A stretch of DNA of 11,053 nucleotides from Paraspadella gotoi (GCA_051294375.1 JBJCIZ010000744.1:70594-81646); one strand, 5' to 3'. Shown: positions 1 to 9,901, numbered from the stretch's first letter. Made by a program: numbers and translations. Notes: generated by a model not told the origin, from the letters alone.

Positions 1-1052
<1,052 letters not shown>

Positions 1053-1283
1053 CTCTTCACGCGGTCGGCGAGATTCTTGGCGACCGAGGAATTGCTGGAG
1101 GACGAGTTGAGCGTTGGCTGTTGTTGCCAGCAGCGCCGCCGCCGCCGCCGCTGGTGCTGTTGGCGCCGGCGCCGCTGTTAGAGTTAGTGTTGTTGGAGGA
1201 GTGAGAGGAGGAGGAGGAGGTGGAGGCGGCGCCGGGTGAGTGACCGGGTGAGGTAGCCGACGACGACAACGACGTCGACGCAC
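1053..1283 (-). CDS. SoxN: SoxB1/SoxNeuro-like gene, second coding exon (Ser/Gly/Asn-rich linker plus start of HMG box, ...AKNLADRVKR); internal 1-nt frame discrepancy
   Basis: Acceptor atttccctctccAG|GT at 1285-1284. The entry frame reads GASTSLSSSATSPGHSPG...GGGGGAAGNNS. The 3' end in a shifted frame reads LNSSSSNSSVAKNLADRVK-AG|GTGAGG (donor 1052-1051), and AG joins the G of the next exon to give the Arg of VKRPMN. Confidence 0.85.
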
Positions 1284-1462
1284 CTGGAGAGGGAAATAAA
1301 TGGGGGGATGCGGAATATATGGGTTGACAGATGTTGACAGGTGCGGATGGGTTGAGATATCTCGATTGGTATCGGGACGAAACTTTTAAAGAAAAATACA
1401 TATATTTAGTTTTAATATATACAATCTGGAAAAATTATGAATTAGTACGATGAGCGACAAAT

Positions 1463-1465
<3 letters not shown>

Positions 1466-1502
<37 letters not shown>
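1466..1502. repeat. (AT)n microsatellite
   Basis: Direct inspection. Confidence 0.95.
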
Positions 1503-1506
<4 letters not shown>

Positions 1507-1669
1507 ATATATTTACATTATTATTTACAAATAGTTCCCTTTTTAATTACTTTGTAATCTAAAGAGGAATAAATCATTAAATGTCTTTTTTTATATTGTT
1601 GCTTTTTTATTTTATCAAACAAAATTCTCTCTCACGAAATTTGATTAAAAATTTCTTCTCTGGGTGAGA

Positions 1670-1706
<37 letters not shown>

Positions 1707-1814
1707 TTTTCCACGCGAAGGATCATCGTTTTTAATTCGATTTCATTATTAAATTAATAAAAATTAAAAGGACGGAGATTGAGAAAGTAATTAGTAGGGA
1801 AGGAGAGAGAGAGA

Positions 1815-1903
<89 letters not shown>
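1670..1903. repeat. Two (GA)n microsatellites (about 1670-1706 and 1803-1903)
   Basis: Direct inspection. Confidence 0.95.
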
Positions 1904-1905
<2 letters not shown>

Positions 1906-2285
1906 AAAGAAAAAAAATTCGTCGTCTCGCTCGACGAAATAATGAATTAATTATCCAATTAATCAATTATTTAATCTCGACGCGAATTAGATAGGTAACA
2001 AAAAACTTCAAACGAGGTCCGTATCTAAAATCTCACGCCCGAAGTTTAATGATCGTTAACATCTCGAGACGTGTTGGTCTTAAATATGTTTAAGCCGCTC
2101 AATTCGAAGAAATTAAGATACGCAATAAATCCGTCTTGATAAAATGTTTAAAAAAAGTTCTTTTTTTTATTGAAAGATTTAAGTGAATTTTTTTCCGCTT
2201 TGTTTCAAAGAAAAAAAATTGGCCAGTTCTTTATCGGTAAATTTTAAGGGCATGGTCTTGAACAGTAAAAATATTCGTATGAATT

Positions 2286-2678
2286 TGGTACAACCAATAT
2301 AAAAATTATCCATTCATTAAATAAATAAGCTATCTTGCCCTTGACTTTGGATAGTGGTTTAAGGCCTCCATCACTCTTACAAGATAATGACATTGCAAGT
2401 CCCTGCAAGCTTTCAATCAAGACTCTCTCACTATTAATTATTAAAAAGTAACAAAGTAGAAGCACAAAAAGATTGAAAAAAATTATTATGTAACTGAAAC
2501 ATTCTTTGAAATATTATACTACTTCATAGGGAAGCCAGGTACTCAGGGAGTAAATAAATGAGACTGTGAGAGAGTCTTGATTGAAAGCTTGCTAAGAGAG
2601 ATGGAAGCCTAAAATCACCAAAGCCTGTCCAAAGTCAGGGGCAAGATAGCTTATTTATTAAATGAATGGATAATTTTT
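2286..2678. mobile_element. Dispersed repeat 'A' present as an inverted pair (about 2286-2430 and 2567-2678); MITE/fold-back-like
   Basis: gcaagctttcaatcaagactctctca (2405-2430) is the reverse complement of 2567-2592. aaaaattatccattcattaaataaataagctatcttgccc (2301-2340) is inverted, with one mismatch, at about 2639-2678. Further copies occur at about 6453-6805 and 9464-9504. Confidence 0.7.
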
Positions 2679-2711
2679 GCGTGTTCGAATCAAGTGGAGG
2701 TCACCAGTGTG

Positions 2712-3132
2712 TATAATAAAGCGTAGCAAAAATATAAAAATCAAGTGGAATCGAAATTCGAATAGTAGATCACGAACTGGCTTGTGGCTGTGAACATTTT
2801 TAAATAAAAAAAAATTACTTTTATTTTTCAATTTTCGCTTACGCCCATAATATGGGCCATATTTATATATAGTACTCACCATAGAAAATGTCGAAATAAA
2901 AAAAAAATAAAAAATATAGTTTTTTGAATTTTTGGCCAACTTAATGAAGGAATTTTTTATTAAGACTTATATTTTCTTTTATCAACTTTTTATGAGGAAT
3001 TCGAATCTGTAAGTACTATGTATAAATATGGGCGTACGCGAAAATTGAGAAATTTAAAAAAAATTGTATATATCAATGTTCATGAACAACTATTCGAATT
3101 TTGATCTGCAACTTTCACTACGCCTTAGTATA
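2712..3132. mobile_element. MITE-like element 'B' with long degenerate terminal inverted repeats and TA ends (Tc1/mariner-type by inference)
   Basis: Ends tataataaagcgtag / ctacgccttagtata (13/15 inverted match). Nested inverted blocks: aaattcgaatag / ctattcgaattt, tgaacatt / aatgttca, and 2823-2876 versus 3012-3053. Confidence 0.65.
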
Positions 3133-3134
3133 AG

Positions 3135-3345
3135 AATCCAAGTGAGCTGAAGAGTGCCATACGCAACTTCTTTAACCCCCTCTAACAGCCATGGACCGGG
3201 TCCTGGGGGTTGGAGCTTTTCCAGGTCCCCAAGGCGGCTTACGGCCGACCTCACGCTTCCCGCAGGGTAAGTACCGGGTTGGGACTGAACCCAGTACCAT
3301 AGTGGTCATGATCTGATGGCTTTACTCAATGAGCCAGCGGGTCAC
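3135..3345 (-). mobile_element. tRNA-derived SINE-like element
   Basis: A-box-like TGGCTCATTGAG (3336-3325) and B-box-like GGTTCAGTCCC (3291-3281) at tRNA spacing, followed by a GC-rich non-tRNA body in an AT-rich intron. No clean cloverleaf; 3' boundary uncertain. Confidence 0.55.
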
Positions 3346-3376
3346 GACTGAATTCAATGCCCGACTACAAACTCAC

Positions 3377-4034
3377 CCAAGTGATGAGAGTGAAGGTGAC
3401 CAGAAATGGACGAGTGAGTGTGAAGCGACGGTGGGTTCGGCAGCGGCGGACTCGTCGGCGGGCCGCTCTCGCCGCCGCTGACGCTCAGCAGCGCCCCCAT
3501 CGAAGTCCCGTGTCCGCCGACGTGCAGCGGCGAATGCTGCGGCTGCTGCGAGGAGGACTGACCGACTCCGCCGACGACGGAAGCATTGTTCGACATGTGA
3601 TGTTGATGCAGCGAGTGATGGTGATGATGCTGTAGTGAGTGATGCTGGGGTGGCGGAGGAGGGTGATGATGATGATGATGGGCCGAGTAGGCCGAGGTAA
3701 GTCCGTGATACGCCCCGCCGCCGCCGCCGGAAAGTCCGCCGACGCCGCCGCCGGGCGAATGCAACGCCGCCGACGCCGCGGAGACGTGATTTGCGTGGAG
3801 GTGCGTCGAAGACGGCGAATGTCCCATCGACGCCGGATGCATGACGCCGACGCCAGCCGCGGCAGAGGCGCCGCCGCTGCCGCCGCCCATGGAAGACGGC
3901 GTCGGGGGCGGAGAGCCGAGGTCGGAATCGGCGCCGGTGAGCGGCTTCACGTCCTGCGTGTCCATCGTCGTGTGGACGGCGCCTGGTGTGGGTGAGTTCA
4001 AGTGCTGGTGCATCGAGGCCGAGTACAGCTGCAT
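3377..4034 (-). CDS. SoxN: SoxB1/SoxNeuro-like gene, first coding exon (His/Gly/Ser/Pro-rich N-terminus)
   Basis: GC-rich ORF MQLYSASMHQ...HSHHLG with poly-His/Gly/Pro tracts. It contains TMDTQDVKP, resembling the SoxB1 N-terminal motif (Sox2 MMETELKP). It ends at the consensus donor TTG G|GTGAGT (GT 3376-3375, phase 1), which matches the phase of the acceptor at 1284/1283. Confidence 0.85.
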
Positions 4035-4738
4035 TTGGGAGTAAGTATTCTGTAGCGGCAGAGAGCAGAGAGGGAGAGATAGCAGAGATAGACGGATTTA
4101 CGTCCGGGGGAAAATGGGAACGAAGAATGGAACCGGAAATGAACGAGCGCCCGGTTTCACTCCGGTTCGGTTGCCGGTCTTTCCTTTTCAACTTCTTTCC
4201 GGCGGATTTCGATTCGGCGACGCGAAGAGAGAGAGAGAGAGAGAAGGAGGAGAGAGGAGCGAGGAGAGAGAGAGAGAAGAGAAGAGAGAGAGAGAGAGAG
4301 AGAGACGGCGTGGATTCACCGAAATCGGCGTCGTTTCGCCGATCGCGGCGTCGCCATTTTAGGGCGCCGGGGGGAGAAGGAAATTTCAAGAAATGCGATC
4401 GCCGGTCTTTCCTTTGATCGTATGAAAATGCGAGCAGAGGGAAAAGCGGAGAAATGAAAATGCGAGCAGAGGGGAAAGCAGAGAAATGAAGTGATCGGTC
4501 CCTCTCGACTTTTTTTGAAGATTTTGGTCGCACGAAGTGTAAACGAAAAGTGGGCGACTGAGATTTGACGCGAAATTCGGCGTGGATTTCGAAGCGCCGC
4601 GAGGTCGAGGCTGTGGCTAAAAGAGAGAGAGAGAGACGATTCGTCTTTTGACGCCACCTGTCCGACGAGAGAGAGAGAGATAGAGAGAGAGTTTCTTTTT
4701 TGACGATTGAAATTCGCAGAAAGAAATTTGCTTTTCAC
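4035..4738 (-). other. Probable 5' UTR portion of the Sox exon
   Basis: Strong acceptor-like site (T-rich tract, cttttcAG|G at 4740-4739) with CTAAC about 40 nt upstream. I found only one ATG on the minus strand across these 704 nt. Confidence 0.5.
4422..4490. repeat. 32-bp tandem duplication
   Basis: atgaaaatgcgagcagaggg(a/g)aaagc(g/a)gagaa at 4422 and 4454. Confidence 0.9.
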
Positions 4739-4922
4739 CTGAAAAGAAAAAAATAAAAACGGAAGATAAGTTGGATGAAGGTTAGGACTAAAATAGTACA
4801 TTAGCGTCCGAAGTTGACTTTTACCATAAATTAATACTTTTATTTTCGAGATGAGTTATTAATAACTTAAAAGGAAATTCTTCATGGATCGTGAGTCCAT
4901 AAATTCAGCGATCGTCAACATG

Positions 4923-5092
4923 ATTGGACGATCGTTCCACCAATGAGAGCGCTTAAATTGAGGCTTAAAAAGTTGGATTTTTAGGGTTAGTGGTTATATT
5001 CTCGGGAAATTTAAAGTCGTATCTCAGACGTGGATCGAATTTTTCGACCAATCGGATCGTTCGTATCGGTCCAACCAGTGGAAAGGACCAAT
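4923..5092. promoter_or_regulatory. Cluster of four CCAAT boxes (candidate NF-Y promoter element)
   Basis: ATTGG 4923-4927; CCAAT at 4940, 5048 and 5088, two of them as gaCCAATc; just upstream of the putative 5' UTR. Confidence 0.35.
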
Positions 5093-5590
5093 CAGGTTGA
5101 CATTTAACTCCGGATGAGATCGAAAAAATATCACGATTTTTGTTTTTTGAAGCCAAATCCACGAGAATCGAAAAACTAGAAACAGGTTTGACTGCTTTAT
5201 TTTTTCTTTTGTTTTGGTTTTTTGTTTGTTTTTTTTTGTTTTGTTTTCTCTGTTTTAAAATTAAATCGTAATTTCCGCCTTCCAAATTTGATCTTATCCG
5301 CTGGAGATTGGCTTTTGGCTTTTTTCAACATTTTGACATTTTTTTTTAATACATAATTTGTCGTTTTTTAGTTTTCGTCATATTTTTTTTTAGATTTTTT
5401 TTATTTATTTGCGTCAGCTAATCAATTATTTTTTCTCGTGAGAGATTTTTTTTTCTTTTTTTTTTTGGCTTAACGATATAGATTCACAAGAAGACACGAG
5501 ACGTCGTTTCACGAACGACGCACACGACATCGCGAGCGAGATAGAGACAGAGACAGAGAGAGAGAGTCAGACAGAGACACTGAAACAGAG

Positions 5591-5615
5591 NNNNNNNNNN
5601 NNNNNNNNNNNNNNN
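5591..5615. other. Assembly gap (25 N) within a GA/GACA repeat
   Basis: Run of N. Confidence 1.
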
Positions 5616-5714
5616 ACAGAGGCAGGGGAGCATAATGAGAGTGAGATGAGAGTCAAAGAGAGAGAAAACAGCGAAGTGGAAAGCGAAATGAAAAAAAAAA
5701 TCGCGTTCTTTTCT

Positions 5715-5718
5715 TTCT

Positions 5719-5766
<48 letters not shown>

Positions 5767-5815
5767 GCTCTCTCTCTCTACCCTCTCTCTCGTCTCTCTC
5801 TCTCCTCCTCTCTCA
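5715..5815. repeat. (CT)n imperfect microsatellite
   Basis: Direct inspection. Confidence 0.95.
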
Positions 5816-6094
5816 AGGCTCGCTTTTTGCTTTTTGCCGTCGGCGAAAACAGAACTAACGGACGTGCATCCACGAGAAATCTCCATGACCAACGACGACG
5901 ACGACGAAGCACGCCGGAAATCCTTTGCGCTTTGCGTCTCTCCCCTCGCCCGCCGCGAGAGCAGAGAGAGAGAATCTCTCCCTCTCGCACGTATGTTTCC
6001 GCCGGCGACAACTGGCTAAGAGTCGAGAGAGGAGGAAGAGCGAGAGAAAGGAAGAGGAAAAATATCCGTCTCTCTTTTTCCTTCAGAGTCGATG

Positions 6095-6197
6095 GTCGTT
6101 CGTCGTTGTTCGTCGTCGTTCGTCGTCGTTCGTCGTTCGTCGTCGTTCGTCGTTCGTCGTAGCCACCCTCATCGTCATCGTAGCTTTACGTCGTTAA

Positions 6198-6226
<29 letters not shown>
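6095..6226. repeat. (TCG/TTCG)n tract followed by a complementary (ACG)n tract
   Basis: 6095-6160 tcgtcgttcg units; 6198-6226 (acg)n. Confidence 0.9.
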
Positions 6227-6228
<2 letters not shown>

Positions 6229-6603
6229 TTCGTCATTCAATTTTTGTGCGTGAGTTTTTTTTTTCCTTTATTATCTGAAAAATGTTTATATATTTAGACA
6301 AGAAATTGCGGATTCAACAGTTGAACTTTGAATTAGAAAATGAAACTAAATTAATTTAACACTATCCCGTGAGTATTAAATGAGTTCCTGATATTTATAA
6401 TAATATTTGTTCAAAAGCTCCCAATACATTTATACTACTTACAAACTAGTCGGTGAGAGTCGGGATTAAAAGCGAGCAGAGTTCTCCTCTGTGATTTTCC
6501 TGTAAGAGAGATAGAGGCCTTAAACCACCATAGTCAGAGACAATATAGCTTATTTATTTAAGCAAAGTTCGAAATTAGTTTCTTCAACGATTTTTATTTT
6601 TGT

Positions 6604-6643
6604 ACGGACATGTTTCGACTCTTTTTCGAGTCTTCATCAGCGT
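6604..6643 (-). ncRNA. Minimal type I hammerhead ribozyme motif (canonical core)
   Basis: ACG-CUGAUGA-A-GACUC-GAAAAA-GAGUC-GAAA-CAUG-UC^CGU. Stem I ACG/CGU, stem II GACUC/GAGUC, 1-bp stem III capped by the palindrome CAUG, predicted GUC cleavage between 6607 and 6606. Confidence 0.8.
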
Positions 6644-6679
6644 TGATGAAGACTCGAAAAAGAGTCGAAACATGTCCGT
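6640..6679 (+). ncRNA. Mirror hammerhead motif with a C3>U core change (UUGAUGA)
   Basis: GCG-TTGATGA-A-GACTC-GAAAAA-GAGTC-GAAA-CATG-TC-CGT. Confidence 0.6.
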
Positions 6680-6997
6680 ACAAAAATAAAAATCGTTGAA
6701 GAAACTAATTTCGAACTTTGCTTAAATCTCAACTCAACGAAACTGAAAGGATTAATACAATAGCTTATTTATTAAATGAATAAATAATTTTTATATTGGT
6801 TGTATGAACATAACATATCATGAAGTTAGAAAATCGTCGTTTTCATCGGAAAAAGACAAAAAATCGGAAAACCCTTAAAAGATTACAGGCAAACCGAAAG
6901 TAATCTCTCTCTCTCTCTCTCTCTCTCTCTTTCAGACGTTGTTTATTTAATTTTTTCTTCTTCATCTTACATAATCTTTTTTTATTTCATTTATGAC

Positions 6998-7093
6998 TAA
7001 TTCATTCCATCATTTCATTCCATCATTTCATTCCATCATTTCATTCCATCAATTCTTTTCCATCATTTCATTCCATCATTTCATTCCATCATT
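6998..7093. repeat. 13-bp minisatellite (TTCATTCCATCAT)n
   Basis: About 7 tandem copies, one degenerate. Confidence 0.9.
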
Positions 7094-7354
7094 TCTTTCC
7101 CGTTCCCTAATATGGGCAAGTTCATTGACCTCTCCATTCCTCTACCATACCTTTCTTCATTTCAGCCTCACCTTTCCTCCTCCTTCTCCTCTTCCTCTTC
7201 CTCCTCCCGCACCCTCTCCCTCGTCCCAGCGTTGCCATAGATACAGAAATGAGGGAAAGAAAAAAAACGACAACAACGACGACGACGACGACGACGACGA
7301 CGGCTGTCAATATAATCATGGGCTACCCGTCTAAGTTCTCATCTAGAAAACGGG

Positions 7355-7396
<42 letters not shown>

Positions 7397-7550
7397 AAAC
7401 GCTGACGCCGACTAGGACGCTGGAGCTCTCGTCTCCTCCGTTTCGCGTAACGCGTTTTGTCGTCGTTACGTCGTTACCGGGTCGGATGGATTTGCGTCCT
7501 GAATAGCGAATCTATGGAATGGGAGGAGTCCCCAGAGTGAGTTCCAAGGT

Positions 7551-7669
<119 letters not shown>

Positions 7670-7761
7670 TGACAAACAGCAAGAGGGAGACCGAGTGGAC
7701 AGGGGGGGTGGATATAGAAGAATCAAAAAAGTTTGGGGGAAAAAGAAGAAGGAGAGAAAAA

Positions 7762-8000
7762 GGAGGAGGAAGAGGAGGAGGAGAAGTAGGAAGAGGAGGA
7801 GGAGGAGAAGGAGGAGGAGATAAATAAGGAAAGTCGAAGAAAATATTGGGACGAAAAAACATGGCGCCCACAACGATGAGTACAATGACGACGACAATGA
7901 CGACGACGACGACGATGACGACGATGATGACGACGACGATGACGACGAAGAAGAAGAAAAAGACGACGACGAAGAAGAAGAAAAAGACGACGACGATGAG
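7762..8000. repeat. (GGA)n and (GAC/GAT/AAG)n trinucleotide low-complexity tracts
   Basis: Direct inspection. Confidence 0.9.
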
Positions 8001-8681
8001 GAAATATTATTCCATCTCCGAAGATCTAAGTCGAGAAGTCGCGAATCGTAGATGAGATTAGAGATGGGATTAGAGATGAGATCAGAGATTCCATCTCAAG
8101 TCCGAGGATGATGAAAGGTTAACGATCGACGGAATCCGAAACAAGAAATTGAGTTTTTCTCTCATTTTTAAATAATCAAATATATTCATTAAATTATTCA
8201 TTATCGGTCGCTATATTTTACTTTACTTTCTTCAGAAATTACCATATGATTCTTTTCTTTGATCGATTTTCCGATCTTAATTTGCTTAGCGCACTTTTAA
8301 AAAGATTAAATTAATGATTTTATATTTAGCAAATATACACCTATTACTTATAATATAATAAAGAAAAAAATATTAAGTTGGGTCAATTTCTTTTTAATAT
8401 CAAAATTAAAAATCAAAAGTTGTTCAACTACCATAAATGATTTCTTTAAGAACCAAATTTGGCGGTAAATGAATTTTTTCTCCATATTTTTTCAAACAAC
8501 CTCAGAGGGCATCTATGATAATCCGCATACGAGAAAAAGTTGTTTTTGCCAAAAAAAGTGAGGTTTTTCCGAAAATTTAGGCCATTTGGGAGGTCACATC
8601 GCAGGACTAACAATATCGTGAAAGCAAAAAGATTCAAGAGGCAAAAACTATCTCTTTCTCGCTTGATAGAATCGTCGTCAC

Positions 8682-8739
8682 CTGATTGGTTGGATTCAAC
8701 CAATCAGCTTCCAAGAAGATGAAAACAATGGTTCCATTG
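8682..8739. promoter_or_regulatory. Palindromic double CCAAT motif next to a consensus Sox site
   Basis: CTGATTGGTTG-gatt-CAACCAATCAG (8682-8707); AACAATGG (8724-8731) overlapping CAATGG-tt-CCATTG (8726-8739). Confidence 0.35.
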
Positions 8740-8952
8740 GCGTCTCGTATCTCGCGTCTTGGATCCCTTTTTCTGGCTTGAAAAACGATTGTTCTCTTGT
8801 AGATAGAATTCTTGGCTTTCATACTCCTGCGTGAGTTTCACTGTCGATATTTCTCCTTAATAAATATAACTCCGATTTTTTACTTAAAATCTCGTCTATT
8901 TACTATTTTGCCATGTTGTAGTTTATTCTAGAAAAGTTTTAAGTCTATTATC

Positions 8953-8963
8953 ACTCTCTCTTG

Positions 8964-8996
<33 letters not shown>

Positions 8997-9090
8997 TCTC
9001 CCCCCCCTCCCACTCTCTTTCTGATCGTTCTTCTGAACACCAAGATGAAAACGACGATAACGACAACGAAAACTACGGGAATGGAAAGTC

Positions 9091-9121
<31 letters not shown>

Positions 9122-9164
9122 GAGAGAGAGAAGAGAGAGAGAGAGAGCGAGAGAGAGAGAGAGA
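8953..9164. repeat. (CT)n tract (about 8953-9000) and (GA)n tract (about 9093-9164)
   Basis: Direct inspection. Confidence 0.95.
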
Positions 9165-9463
9165 CGGGGGGGCGTGGGTCGTTTCCTTTTCAATGGAATC
9201 CAACCCAAATGATTTGGAGTCTCGCTAATCACTTAACTTATCTTTCTCCCATTTTTTTCCTAAACTTTGACACTTTAACAATTAACTAAGTTTTGATTAT
9301 TAACTATAAAACCAATAAATGATAATTTGTGTTTTACTAGCTCATTATTTAATGTGGTTTCTAACTAATATATTGATTTTGATTTTGAGTTTCTCCCGAG
9401 AACGCTCGTTTAATAAACTTGATTGATTCAATATATGAAATATATGAAATTTCATAAATTGAA

Positions 9464-9504
9464 TGGTACAACCAATATAAAAAATAGCCATTCATTTAAT
9501 AAAT
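9464..9504. mobile_element. Short fragment of dispersed repeat 'A'
   Basis: tggtacaaccaatataaaaaatagccattcatttaataaata closely matches 2286-2327. Confidence 0.7.
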
Positions 9505-9901
9505 ACGTTACAAACATGGCATTTTTTTCTTATCTTCGCTTTCAGTTTACGCAAGTCATTATTCTTCATAGCTGTACATTGTATTTTTGGAACATGACGC
9601 GACATATTTTGCCAGGAGCAATGCATTATTTAAAAAAAATATAAAACCATCCTTCATATATTTAGGTATTTTTTCACTGTTAACTTTTTCACTCTTAACC
9701 AATAGACTTCATATTTTAACAATTACCATACAGACATTCCTACCACTTCATACTAATTGAAATATAACTCTCATTTTCATAATTTATAATTAAAGTACTT
9801 AACAAACATATCTTCATCTCTCAAACGGACTTCTCCATTTTCTTTCTCTCTTTCTTTCTTCTTTTTCTTTTCCGAGTAAATCTTTCTTTCGCGAGTCCGA
9901 A

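Larger units (their letters stand above)
1284..3376 (-). other. Intron (phase 1, 2093 nt), repeat-rich
   Basis: GTGAGT donor, pyrimidine tract plus CAG acceptor, compatible phases; AT-rich, with microsatellites and TE remnants. Confidence 0.8.
6559..6759. mobile_element. Penelope-like retroelement remnant: inverted pLTR pair plus 32-nt tail, with 14-bp target-site duplication
   Basis: Perfect 84-bp inverted arms (6556-6639 / 6644-6727), each with a hammerhead core followed by AATAAA. Unpaired extension 6728-6759. atagcttatttatt is duplicated at 6545-6558 and 6760-6773. Confidence 0.8.
6453..6805. mobile_element. Diverged copy of dispersed repeat 'A', interrupted by the palindromic insertion
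   Basis: gtaagagagatagaggccttaaaccac...atagcttatttatt | insertion | atagcttatttattaaatgaataaataatttttatattggttgta is colinear with the reverse complement of about 2289-2430. Confidence 0.75.

Noticed and set aside
1053-1180. Programmed -1 ribosomal frameshift or pseudogene
   Set aside because: No slippery heptamer seen, and the HMG box and splice sites are intact. An assembly indel is more parsimonious.
3190-3265. HDV-like ribozyme in the GC-rich SINE body
   Set aside because: A hairpin is present (about 3202-3234), but I could not assemble the nested double pseudoknot.
3270-3345. Functional tRNA gene
   Set aside because: A/B boxes are degenerate, and I could not build an acceptor stem or find a following poly-T terminator; treated as a SINE head.
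3357-4417. Several plus-strand ORFs over the first coding exon and leader
   Set aside because: Antisense shadows of GC-rich or repeat sequence with no recognisable domain.
3373-4533. 386-aa minus-strand ORF overlapping the Sox exon
   Set aside because: Non-ATG start, runs through CT microsatellites, and is an Arg-rich shadow frame of a GC-rich exon.
6556-6727. miRNA precursor or DNA-transposon MITE
   Set aside because: The stem is perfect and long, and it carries hammerhead cores, an asymmetric tail and a 14-bp TSD, all of which fit a Penelope-like pLTR better.
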